A DNA stretch of 64,000 nt, filler included, from Gonapodya sp. JEL0774 (taxonomy: Eukaryota): NCBI GenBank assembly GCA_027604505.1. It is 28 parts of 28 records of this genome, joined end to end, with 100 filler letters (N's around TTAATTAATTAA, not from the genome) between each part and the next. Parts side by side here need not be neighbours in the genome. Positions count along the whole stretch, not along the records: positions 50,530 to 52,715 come from JADIIX010002162.1; positions 52,816 to 54,999 come from JADIIX010002163.1; positions 55,100 to 57,282 come from JADIIX010002164.1; positions 57,383 to 59,563 come from JADIIX010002165.1; positions 59,664 to 61,844 come from JADIIX010002166.1; positions 61,945 to 64,000 come from JADIIX010002292.1; 22 more parts are not named here. One strand, written 5' to 3'. The notes under the pieces were generated by a model that made no database searches, was not told the DNA's origin, and saw nothing but the letters and a program-made list of their open reading frames with translations. This document shows, one piece after another, positions 50,924-64,000 of the stretch; the first letter of the stretch is position 1, and each line of letters starts with the position of its first letter. The position numbers were made by a program, and so were the translations under genes.

Positions 50924-52715
50924 CTATGCCTTTACTTTCTTTTTCCGCGGGCCTGGGCGTGGTCGCTCTTCTTCGTCCACAATTCCAGCCTCCTTCTCTA
51001 GCAAACGAATAAGAGCTTTGCATCGGTTTTTGATTTCGGTTGTAGTGCGTGACTTGATGAACCAATCGAATCGGAAAGCTGTTTGCTCCCGAATACTCGC
51101 ACGGATAACTTCGTAGCTCTCGTCAGTTGCAATCCCGTGTTCGGCCATCGCCACCACCTGTATAGAGTCAAGTTTGGATGAGTTAGACGCAACGAACCAA
51201 CGGAGTTCGAAATTAGATATTGCAGCTTTCACAAACGCACCAAGAAGCGGTCCTCATCTTCGGTGAACGTTCTGCCCTTATTGGCACTGTATGTAATTTC
51301 GAGCTCTTGCAGAGGATGTCGGTATCTCGCCACTTTCTCCTTGAGCAGTTGTCCAATCTTCTCTCGGTACTCAATATCCTTCTCGCCTTTTGAAATTTGC
51401 TCGATCGCCTTTGCACTCTCCGTCAACTCATCCTTGCGCTTCCAAAATTCCTCCCAGTACGCACGGACCTCTTCCTCCGGTTTCTGAGTAGTCTGAGCGC
51501 AGTCTTGAATTATGGAGTCAACGTTTTGCCTGAACAGGAAGCGGAATGCACTTTACACACAAACTCGCACGGAAGAGATGTGGCAATGCAAGCATACCTG
51601 CCATGCCGCGATATGGCAGCGATAAACGCGTTGAAGTCCTTTTTAGACCAGTCTTTAAACCCTTGCGAGGAAAGTTCCTCCTTCTCAGCCTGCTCCTCTT
51701 CCGTGAGCGGTTCAGCTGAAGCAATTCCAGATTTCGAGGTCACTACATAGCCGTCATATGAACCAAACCGTGCGAGTCTACAAACCTTCATCGATACGAG
51801 TTTGCTCTTCCAGGCGCTCTTGCTCCTTTTTCTCATATTCAGGATCGTTGTCGTCAATCTTTGGAGCTCTAATTCCACTTTGTTTCTGGTATACCGTATG
51901 GATAAATGAAACAATACAATACCGTACCGTGATACCATGAGAGCTCTGATGACAACCCACCTGAAGCCACAACATTTGCTTCCGCTGAAGCTCCATAAAG
52001 CGCATGGGGTAGAATTGAAAGTCCAAGCTACGTCCACAGTGTTAAAACCCCTAGAACGGTTACAATACAGAACCCCTATCACACTCACGCAACGTTCTTC
52101 ATGTGTGGTGGCTTCGCGGCCTTGTTAACACCCGGTCTCCCGGAAGCCCGCATTGAATCTCGGTAGAATTGATCCATATTGTAGTTGTCCGCCTTCCTTT
52201 CACGCTTCGTGGGTGCGATCCACTGGAAAGGAAGAGCTCGCTTCCCCTTGCCACTGAAGTCTTTGCCTTCCCACGCCTGGTACCCATCAACAGTAAACTT
52301 TTGCAGGTCGTCCAGGCCAGCGTTTTGGTATTTGGACTGAGAATAGAATGTGTTCATGTATAAATCAGCGGCAGGCAAAGTCACGGACTGATATTGTACC
52401 TCCAGTTCTTGTGTCTTCTGTTCACCTCGCTCCAGAATTTTCTCAATGCTATCATCTTGGATCGTACTGCATTATGGGCGCAAAGTTTTGCTTTTTTTCA
52501 ACGCACTTTTGTATTCTACTCGACGCATCCTTACCTATCTCCCGAAGAAAACACTTCCTGAGCACCGTGTTGAATCATGGCGAGCAGTTCATCCTTCCCA
52601 GCCGCTAACCCGAAATGAGGCGAGTAAAATTGCAGACATTATCATCTAGAAGGGATTTCGCTTGTAGGCTCTTCTCTTCACCTTTGCTCTGTTGTGTTGC
52701 CTTCCCTTGTTGGAT
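50924..52715 (-). CDS. ISWI: ISWI chromatin remodeller, C-terminal HAND-SANT-SLIDE region
   Basis: [65 protein letters not shown] and [19 protein letters not shown]. Confidence 0.96.
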
Positions 52716-52815
52716 NNNNNNNNNNNNNNNNNNNNNNNNNNNNNNNNNNNNNNNNNNNNTTAATTAATTAANNNNNNNNNNNNNNNNNNNNNNNNNNNNN
52801 NNNNNNNNNNNNNNN

Positions 52816-53489
52816 GGCGACGCAGAGGTGATCCACAACATCGCCAAGGCGGAGAATCCACAAAGATTGAGAGCGCTCAACATATTTCCAAGTTCATACA
52901 TGCCGACGCCGAGTGAGCTTACTAGTGTTGGATTGGTGCCATCCTCGTAATTGTAATGTTTGACTGGTGTCCCCCCCTGTCTTCCCAAGCCACTGAATCG
53001 CTCCTCCGCCTCGCGTACGCGTGTCCCTTCCTGGAGACCCTCACGCTCCCAATATCTTATCTTCCCTCTGACGCTCTCCTGACGCTCGCCTCATCCCCAA
53101 TGACAAAAACTCTGCGCCAGCTCAACCTCGTCTCGTGCGACAACGTCTGGACCTCCACATGTACGATGGACGCGGTGAAAGAAGTGCTCACCAAGTGTGT
53201 GTCCTTGGAGCGAGTCAGAGTCGACCACCGTATGGCCGATTGGGATCTAGTTACACTGGCGATCGGGCTGACGCCTAGCTCCGGCGCACACGGCATAGGC
53301 GAAGGGCCTCACGCCAAAGCGACGCAGAGGAGGAGCCGGCTACGCCAATTTTTGGTGGATAGCGTGTCTGTAAATACGTATGTGAGTTTTCGAGAGTACT
53401 TTGATGCGCATAGAGAGGAGTTTGCTGGTGCTCAGGTGTATTGGAGAAGGAGCGCCAGGTTTGTGGGGAGGGTAGTAATTGGATGGTGA
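52816..53489 (+). CDS. LRR-containing (F-box/LRR-like) protein, C-terminus
   Basis: LAYACPFLETLTL, LRQLNLVSCDNV and KCVSLERVRV. Confidence 0.6.
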
Positions 53490-53604
53490 GACGGAATCTT
53501 TAGAGCATGTATCCTTTTATTGTTAGATATTGTAGATATGCAAGGGTTACGCAGTTCACAATCTCAGGAAATGTCAGGGTGTTGTCGGCACAAGTGAAGA
53601 CACT

Positions 53605-54999
53605 ATGCTTGTTCAACTTCGTCTTGTTTCACGATCGGGGACTCGATTTCTTCGACCTCCCGACCGATTATCTCCAGCACGAACTATGTCGGTCTTCTCC
53701 GCCTCAAAATATGACGCTCTGATTGTTGGTGTTCACAGCAATGCGAGCGGTGATTCCACCGCATCCACCCTGGAATTATCCGAGGCCGGTACCCAGCTTC
53801 TCTCTGAGCCTGCGCGCAAACACATATTGAGTTCTCTCACGAGCTCGAGGTGGAAGGGGAAGAAGGGCGAGGCGAGGACGTTGTTCGGGGTGAAGGACGT
53901 TACGGGAGTTGACATCGTGGCCGTTGTGGGTTTAGGGAAGAAGACAGAGGATGGGACCAAGAATAGAGAAACGGCGAGGAGTGCTGTGGGTCTTTCATTT
54001 TCATTCGATGTTGCTCTGCCACGAGGATCTCACGCTTCTTCACCAGGCTGCTGCTGCCATTTCCTCCATACGCGCGCTATCCTCCGACACAGTCTTCAAA
54101 ATCGCCACAGAAGACTTGTCATCCGCCTTTGGAGCCGCCGAAGGAGCGTTCCTCTCGCAGTACTCGTACGACGAACTCAAGGACACCAAGTCTCGTGTCA
54201 AGTTCGCCGAAGTGGAGCTCGTGGGACCAGTCGAGAACCCATCGGCGAAGAAAGAATGGGTGCAGGGGAGTGTGTATGCGGAGGGGCAGAATATTGCGCG
54301 GAGACTCGCGGAGACTCCGGCAAATCTGATGACTCCGACGGTGGGTTGTGCTCATTGAACACTCGGTGATGTTCTGAGAGTTGAGTTAATGACTCGGTTG
54401 TAAATCTCGCAGATATTTGCGGAAGAAGCAAAGAAGGTGCTTGGATCTTTGCCCGTGGAGATTATTGTCCGTGACAAGTGAGCGAACGCGTCTTCCGACA
54501 TAACACGACACCCGAGTGATGATGAAAAGTCAATTCTCACAGGCCATGGATGGAAGAAAAAGGAATGGGCTCATTTTTAAGTGTCTCTCAAGGTCGGTGC
54601 ACATACCACACCATGTGACACCCGTCCCCAAAACCTAATGTTTCAATTGTTCCTTTCCCACATCAGGGTCTGCCCAGCCCCCTAAAATCGTTGAGTATCA
54701 CTACAAAGGGGGTGCGACAGATGCCAAGCCTGTCCTCTTGGTCGGTAAAGGTGTAACCTTCGACAGCGGAGGTATCTCGCTAAAGCCCGCCGCGGACATG
54801 GCCGCCATGAGAGGTGGGTTGAGAAAGGGACTTGATGCTTTCTAGTGTGGTTATTGTGAGTGAGGACGCTGACGCGGTCCTCCCGATTCCACTCGATAGG
54901 CGACATGCAAGGTGCAGCAATTACTGTTGGTCTCGTCTACGCTGCTGCCAAGCTGAACCTCCCGGTCAACATCGTTGGCATCACTGGTCTGACGGAGAA
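53605..54999 (+). CDS. M17 leucine aminopeptidase, 3' truncated
   Basis: [38 protein letters not shown] and [17 protein letters not shown]...M..MR|GDMQGAA. An Arg-rich N-terminal extension precedes a second Met. Confidence 0.95.
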
Positions 55000-55277
55000 N
55001 NNNNNNNNNNNNNNNNNNNNNNNNNNNNNNNNNNNNNNNNNNNTTAATTAATTAANNNNNNNNNNNNNNNNNNNNNNNNNNNNNNNNNNNNNNNNNNNNA
55101 CTCGATTGAAAGAAAGCTCAAGGACCAGAGTTTGGATTTGAGTCTCGAGCCCCAAAGCGTTTTCGGTTGTTGAAGTATGTCGGGCGGTCAGGTCGGGGTG
55201 GCGTCCCAAACTCACCAAATGTGGCAAAACGCCCCACTCCCAAGCTCAAATATAGCCACCCCCGAACTGACACGGAA

Positions 55278-57282
55278 ATGGATGACAGCAAAGGTTTGTT
55301 CAGGGCAACCCAAGCGTGTATCTACCTTGAGAATGCGGTACTTTTAAGGAAAGATCAAGCGCTAAACAGCGGTTGAGCTCAAATGCCCATCAAAAAATAT
55401 TCACAGTGAATACTTGAGCAGTCGCTGTGTGTTTCGTTTCGTTTTGTCTTTTAGTGGGGTGATCTTCGCTGGGTCCTCGTCATTGGAGGAGGATCTTCAC
55501 CTCTCTCCCTTGGCAAAAATATTCCAGATTCTCCCTCCAGCTCAATACATCCCTTCATGTTTGCAGGTCAAATATTCAACATCAACAACATACTCAACCG
55601 TCCGAACGAGAACGCTGCTGGCGATGATCGGTCTCCGGACAGAGATGATGCAAGTTTTTCCGTCTTCGGACGGCCCGGAAGCATGGGGACCGGACTCCGG
55701 GTGTGGCCTTTGATGGATGTTCTGGAGCAAATAAATCCTCTGCATTGGAGGATCCCCCGGCTTGGTAGCTTCGTTCATCTGGAAGATGGTGGTCCACAGA
55801 TCAGGCGGCCACTCACAGGGGCAGAAGGTCTCTTTCAAGGGGATGAATCGGAGCTCAGGGGAAATATCCCCCTGTGGCGAAAACAAGTACGAAGGTGGGT
55901 GAATGATGCGTATATGTGAAGCGATCATGACTTACTTGGTCACCTCCTGTTCAGGCTGATCACAGATCCAGAGTCCTCTAGAACTGCGTACCGCCTCCAC
56001 ATATTTTTCACTGCTGTAATCCTAATCTCCATCACGGATATGTGCTTATTGAGTGTTCCGCACCTGGACCAATACCGCTGGGCACAGGTAACAAAAGAAT
56101 TCCTGAAAAACTCGTTTCACTGACAATGACACCAACCGCTGACACGACTTCACAGCTTGCCCTGTTTGGAACAGAATGCTTTGTAGGAATCACTTTCTTT
56201 GTGGAGATGATTCTCCGTTGGATTGGCTTCTCCAGTTGGAAAGAAATCTATTCTCCAATGAAGTAAGGATCAGTCCATCAGATTATTTCTTCAAGTGATC
56301 GATAAGACAATTACTGTGGCTGGCGTGTTTCTGGTAGCATGATCGATTTTCTAGCGTGCCTTCCCTTCCTTTTGGAAGCTACGGTGCTCGTGATAATGGG
56401 CTACGACTTCATCTCTACAGCTACCAATGAAGCCACTTTTGCGCTCGTGAAGATATTTCGTCTTCTTAGAGTGTTTCGGCTGTTCCGACTGGCTAGCAAG
56501 TCCGAAAAGATTCAATTGATGGCCGGTACGTTTGCAGTTTGCAGCATTTCGAATTCTGTCCTCATGCAATATCTTTCGATCCCTGATTTGCCGCAGTCGC
56601 CCTCTGGGAATCTCGTGACGGAATTGTAGCTTTGCTGTACGTAATCCCCCTCACTGTTATATTCTTTTCCACCATCGTTTACTACGCGGAGCAGGTATGT
56701 TGTGGAATATGTAGATCGTTCCTTGTAGTAACGGCATTGCTGCACACTGGAAACTTTAGACCGGCGAGTACTACAAAGATGGCGTATGGTACTACGTCGC
56801 TGATGACCAAGTGTCGGCGTTCCAATCTATTCCTGGCACTTTCTGGTTCATTCTGGTGACTCTTACCACCGTCGGTGTGAGTGTAGTTGCCTCAAGAAGT
56901 TTCATATATGTACATGCGCCAACCAACGTCTTATTTGCTTCTGTTCCAGTATGGCGACGACACTCCTCATACCATGCTCGGACGTCTCGCCACATCATCA
57001 GCCCTCATAACCTCTATGTTCCTTATCGCCTTCCCCCTGACCATGATCCAACTCCAATATGGCTCAGCAGCCCGAAAATGGGCCGCGGGTAGAGCGGCTC
57101 GTGCTGCTCGAATACAAGAAGAACGACAGAATGAATTGCTGGCAGCGAAGGTGGATTTTACAAAAGGAAACCTGGGACAGACGGTAAAGAAAAACGGAAA
57201 TGAAATGTCCGAATTCGTGTGGGAGGACGGAGATCACAATGCGCTCGTGTCGAATGCGGAGGTACTTGGGAGTACGGAATCC
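55278..57282 (+). CDS. 6-TM voltage-gated K+ channel (Kv-like), 3' truncated
   Basis: S1 DPESSRTA, S2 ECF...FFVEMILR, S3 IDFLACLPF, S4 FRLLRVFRLFRLASK, pore FQSIPGTFWFILVTLTTVG|YGD and S6 IAFPLTMI. The start exon is tentative. Confidence 0.93.
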
Positions 57283-57382
57283 NNNNNNNNNNNNNNNNNN
57301 NNNNNNNNNNNNNNNNNNNNNNNNNNTTAATTAATTAANNNNNNNNNNNNNNNNNNNNNNNNNNNNNNNNNNNNNNNNNNNN

Positions 57383-59563
<2,181 letters not shown>

Positions 59564-59663
59564 NNNNNNNNNNNNNNNNNNNNNNNNNNNNNNNNNNNNN
59601 NNNNNNNTTAATTAATTAANNNNNNNNNNNNNNNNNNNNNNNNNNNNNNNNNNNNNNNNNNNN

Positions 59664-59808
59664 ATATGGACTTCTTAATTATGAGTCCACATCATATACA
59701 CCTATCACCATTGGTGGCAGAGAATTTCATGTGGAAGGCACTGGAGATCTGAAACTCAGTTTACCCAAGGGCAATGGACAATATGAGGATGTGATCTTGA
59801 AGAATGTT
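59664..59808 (+). mobile_element. Ty1/Copia pol fragment (post-protease beta-barrel region)
   Basis: FLNYESTSYTPITIGGREFHVEGTGDLKLSLPKGNGQYEDVILKNV fits the copia F..Y...I.IG....VEG.G....L.NV pattern. Confidence 0.65.
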
Positions 59809-61147
59809 CAGGAGATTGGAAGAACAGTCAAGACTACACCTGCTCTGGCATCTCATCCCAGATGGCATTAACAGGACGTCACAAACCCTATGGCCTGCTC
59901 CAACACATCAATCCACCAGACCACCTGTGGGCACAAACAAAAATGGACTTTATGGTCAAGCTACTAAAGGTGACATATCAGGATCACGTCTAGGACTCTA
60001 AAATGGTTGTGATCTGCATGCTTGGTCAGGCAGCACACTCTTTCATGTGCAACAAATCCATGACAGCTGAACAAAGCACAAATCTGTACTTTGATGACAT
60101 CTACCAGCTGCATGGACTACAATGAGTGATTTTCTGTGGTCGAGGACCGCAGTTCATGGCAGTGTTCTGGAAATATAGATGGGGCACGCATGGCAACAGA
60201 GTCACAGCTGACAATGGCGGTTCCAAACGGCTCAACCAGAACCCAATTGCATTCCTCTGCCACTATGTTAATTACCACCAAACTGATTGGCCAAAGTACT
60301 CTAGCACTGGCTGAGTTCACCCACAACAACTCAGTCCACTCAACTATGGGACTGACACCATTTCATGCAGAACATCTGTACCACCCAATTGTCGAAGAGC
60401 TCACGCCTATTTGTGCAGTCAATCTTGCAGATTGCAGTGCAAAGGCAGCAGAAGAGGGACTGGAAATGCTGGAGTAGCTCAAGGAGCACATAAGCAACGC
60501 TAAGAAGCACAAGGCAGCACAGGAAAATCAACACCACCAGGAGTCCCTGTTCACTGAAGGCAACTATGTCTGGTTCAAGAACAAGAACCAAACCTTTTAT
60601 CAGCCTTCAAAGAAACTGGACTATAAGAAAATTGGGCTGTGCAATACAATTGAGCAGATTAACCTGGTTACATATCACCTTGAATTACCACTGCAACTGC
60701 ACATTCACAATGTAATCTGCTCATTGCTTCTCTCACCAGCTAACCCAAAAAAGTTTCCCCATCAGGACCTTCCACCCCTGCAGCCAACTTACGATGAGGA
60801 CAACAAAGGTCCCAAGTACACTGTGAAGCAGATACTGGATGTGCAAAAGTTCAGAAGCCAATTCGAGTGGCTGGGAGGAATGCCAGCGGAGAAACATGGT
60901 GGGGAACCTTGGAACCTGTTAGAATGCAGGTATGTTCTCGTAAGAGCAACTTGGTATATTACACTTCAGCGCACTCATCTATGGGCAGCACTTTGCAACA
61001 CAAATATATCACAGAACCACCTCAAACATGCAAAGGAATCGGTCGTTGATCTTTATATTGCCAACCCTACAAACCACTTCAAACCTTCCTTCGCACAGCA
61101 GTTGAGTATTGCTGACTACACAGAGAGGACGAGGAGGGGGGGCATGA
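59809..61147 (+). mobile_element. Degenerate Ty3/Gypsy (chromovirus-like) integrase, chromodomain relic and PPT
   Basis: HKPYGLLQ...W...MDF, LHGL*..I...RGPQF...FW, LAEFTHNNSVHSTMGLTPF, KKLDYKKIG and YTVKQILDVQK, with stops and frameshifts. Purine tract at 61122-61142. Confidence 0.9.
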
Positions 61148-61597
61148 TATTACCCCCATGGGAGTACCATGGAGTGCAGGGTCCATTGGGGACCCATTAG
61201 ATCTAGATTATCCACACAGGCTTGACTTGGGCTTACCCTGACCAACTTCCCTACAAGTACTGTCCATGTTGGTCAGGTGAGCACAAGGAGAGGGACACTG
61301 TTCTATTCACAGTTGTCATGTATTTCTTCACATTATATTGACTCTGTCAGTCAGTGCTGTTGTCCAGGTGACACTAAGTGGAGAATTATGATTGAGATTG
61401 CATTCATAGATGCTATTGCATGGAATTCTGATCATCCTCCCTGCTCTTCCTTGTGGATTCCACTTTTGGTGTAGTGCCTTTGGGCTCTCCCCCCAGGCTG
61501 TGCTGCACACCCTTTACATCTGGCCCACTGAATCCTATGTATAACATGTAGTGCACTCATCTATGGGGCAATGCTACACAAGTTTATACCTGTAACA
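61148..61597 (+). repeat. Putative 3' LTR (about 450 bp) of the decayed element
   Basis: Starts just after the PPT with TATTAC (likely mutated TGTTAC) and ends with the complementary GTAACA at 61592-61597. Confidence 0.5.
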
Positions 61598-62062
61598 CCT
61601 GTACAGAATATCCCAATATATCACAACAAGTTGCCATTTTGTTCACCATTCTACAGCATGTGCAAATGCAAGGCACCACATGATATCATCCAATAAGTGA
61701 AGGGCCATTTACTGCAGGAGTCCATTTCGATCAAAAATGCATGTCATGCAAGTATCAACATATCAATATGGAATACAATACAAGAATTTTTGATCATTTG
61801 TGCAATTAAAGTGACAATGCCAAAGTGTGTCTTAGTTGGTACACNNNNNNNNNNNNNNNNNNNNNNNNNNNNNNNNNNNNNNNNNNNNTTAATTAATTAA
61901 NNNNNNNNNNNNNNNNNNNNNNNNNNNNNNNNNNNNNNNNNNNNAGTGGAGCAAAGGTCTGTTTGGGTCGTCCCTGCGACAAAGGCCCCGTATTTGTTTG
62001 CTAACCGTACATTGCAATATTGTGTGTAGGTTTTCTTCATGTTTGGACACGCATTCGGTGGC

Positions 62063-63489
62063 TCAGTCAAACCCGACGGCGTGGAAGTCGTGGACTACGC
62101 GTGGGTCACCCGAGAAGGACTCAGAGAGTATTTGGATCAAGGACTTTATAATGCGATTAAAGATGTGCTTACAGATTAATAGAAGTGACCAATATTCACC
62201 CGAATAAAGAACAATCTGACCGGACGACCCAGTATGAACCCGTTTCAGCTCCCCAGTGTGATCCTTTTCGGGCAACTCTGGTGTGTTTAGTTTCAATGAG
62301 GACTACACACCATGAATTCTCCTGCCAGGGTCCGGTTGGCCAGTTAGAACGCAGGGTCAGATGTCATCGCGACCGAACAGCAAATTTTATAAATTCACCG
62401 GGTTCTGTGATATCGAAAACTCTCCTTCCCTGTTGCGTTCGTCGGAACTCCAAACTCGTCGAATTCGAGTGTCTGTGTTGTGTTGGGACGGCCATGATGC
62501 CGGTAGCAATTATTGCACCATTTGACAGACCGTGTAGTGGAAATCGACGGGTTCACAAAATCGCTAAACGGTAAAATGAAGGTCAGATTCCTGCGGCATA
62601 GTTCAATTGTTTCAATGCGATACTCACTTTATGCAATCGGAACAACATGTTCGATCACATCGCTCGCAAGGGTAACGCTTCGACCAAGGCATAAACCTTG
62701 TCTGCTCACAACACTGACAAATACTCTGCCATTCACCGACTTTGGACGCCGCCCACTTGATAGCTTCGGTAGGTTTCGCCACGAGGTTTACAGATCCTTC
62801 CGATAGCTTGGCAGCCTTCTCAGACTTCAGCGCCTCGTTGACTTGAAGTGAAAGCTTCTCAAGCCAAAGAGACTTCTCCTCAGGAGTGGCGGCGTATACA
62901 GTAAACGTTTTCTGCTCGCTAAATATGTTGAATGCATTGACGTTGTCTGGCGACCATCATTTAGCACTAGTGTCCCCAGTCTCGGAAGTGCATTGAGAGT
63001 GTTAGGACTCACTCTCATCATCCGGTATTGAAGCAACGCCAAGGCGGGCCAGAGGAATAACAGTCTTTCACCAGATTGTGGGAGAGTTTCTGAATTGAGG
63101 TAGCATTTGCATATTCGCATGGAATGGCGCTCACGTGCTGTCCGAGACGTTTCATTTTGCCAACTGGTGTACCATATACTAGAACGTCATTGAACAGAAA
63201 GAATCTTCGAAGGAGCAGCCTTGAAAATGTGATCTGGTGAGCAAGACGAGCAACAGAGGGAGCGGAGAAAGACCTCAGTACGAACCCGCTCCGGCTCACT
63301 TTCGTGAGGTTTCCATCCATTACATCTTTTGGGAACGGAGTGGATTCTATGATCCCTGTGTGGGCAGGACGCTTGGGAGTACGTCGGATCGCGCTTACAT
63401 CGCCGCCCTGGCTTCTGCAAGTCTCCCTTGACCAATCCGAAGAGCAGCTCAATATCAGCAATTTTGTCAATGCTGTGCTGCGCGTCCAT
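62063..63489 (-). CDS. Phafin/PLEKHF-like PH + FYVE-like zinc-finger protein, multi-exon
   Basis: Spliced LQKPGRR|YVMDGNLTKVSRSG|LLLRRFFLFNDVLVYG...GQH|TVIPL...|NAFNIFSEQKTFTVYAATPEEKSLW, then CQCC...CERCDRTCCSDC...WCNNCY. The 3' end is tentative. Confidence 0.8.
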
Positions 63490-63765
63490 CACCGACAAGT
63501 TATAAATGTTAGAAGCTTAGTGTCGGAGCAGTGATTATTGTAACACGCTTGTGTCAACGCAGAGCTCCTTAGATCCCAACAACCATCTCACAGAGAAATT
63601 GGTGAACAACAGACGAATACACTACTAGCTGTGTCTACATTAATTATCCTGAAGCTCCGAGTACACTCCAACATTTGAAATACTAGAGTCAACTATGACA
63701 AACCCATGCTGGGCTAGCTGGACCTAACATGAGTGATTTTGGATGCCGCCCATACCAGGTACATG

Positions 63766-64000
63766 TCATGTCTCAGGATTTGCCCGTAGTTGCAAGTTCT
63801 CCAGTCGGTTCCGTTCCTCCATCTCGTAAGTGAGCTCCACGACAAATTGCCAGTCTTCGTTGTAGCCATCTCAGATTTGATTTTTAGATGCGACACGTGC
63901 GTTAGCGATTGCGCCCTCTGAGGTAATGCAGCTTTGGGCGATGTATAACGTACCACGTGCACTCTTCTTGAATTCACGCAAAGCGTACTCTGGTTCACCA
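63766..64000 (-). CDS. 3' end of an unknown gene
   Basis: EPEYALREFKKSAR, a GTACGT intron, then DGYNEDWQFVVELTYEMEERNRLENLQLRANPET*. Confidence 0.35.

Noticed and set aside
48243..52715. Apparent cluster of ciliary genes (Tctex next to RPGRIP1L)
   Set aside because: They lie on different contigs separated by a spacer, so adjacency results from size sorting.

Overview
This window is not one locus. It is 28 unrelated eukaryotic contigs of about 2.2 kb, sorted by size (2204 down to 2181 bp) and joined by artificial 100-bp spacers (N44-TTAATTAATTAA-N44). Genes are intron-rich with short GT-AG introns. A fungal-type pentafunctional AROM occurs together with cilium/flagellum genes (RPGRIP1L-type C2, axonemal-type Tctex, possibly CCDC138), which points to a zoosporic, chytrid-like fungus (inference). 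Recognisable gene fragments include SulP, a kinase, VPS20, F-box/LRR, ARO1, MFS and APC transporters, YTHDF, a DUF676 lipase, LACTB2, ILV1, RPN1, methyltransferases, bL36m, ISWI, leucine aminopeptidase, a Kv channel, PRP8 and a Phafin-like PH-FYVE gene. There is one intact and one decayed Ty3/Gypsy element. The most notable observations are: (i) a contig that is one large diverged palindrome with reciprocal CpG-decay marks; (ii) a six-exon, 85-aa HABP4/Stm1/STF2-like gene, missed by the ORF track, whose conserved motifs lie in 9-nt and 7-nt micro-exons; (iii) a T1-less Kv channel; (iv) bacterial-type RfnT-like and SulP transporters with introns; (v) a Phafin-like gene whose FYVE finger lacks the PI3P-binding residues. 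No convincing novel multi-gene system can be supported, and adjacency across spacers is meaningless. All family calls are from recalled motifs, not database searches.
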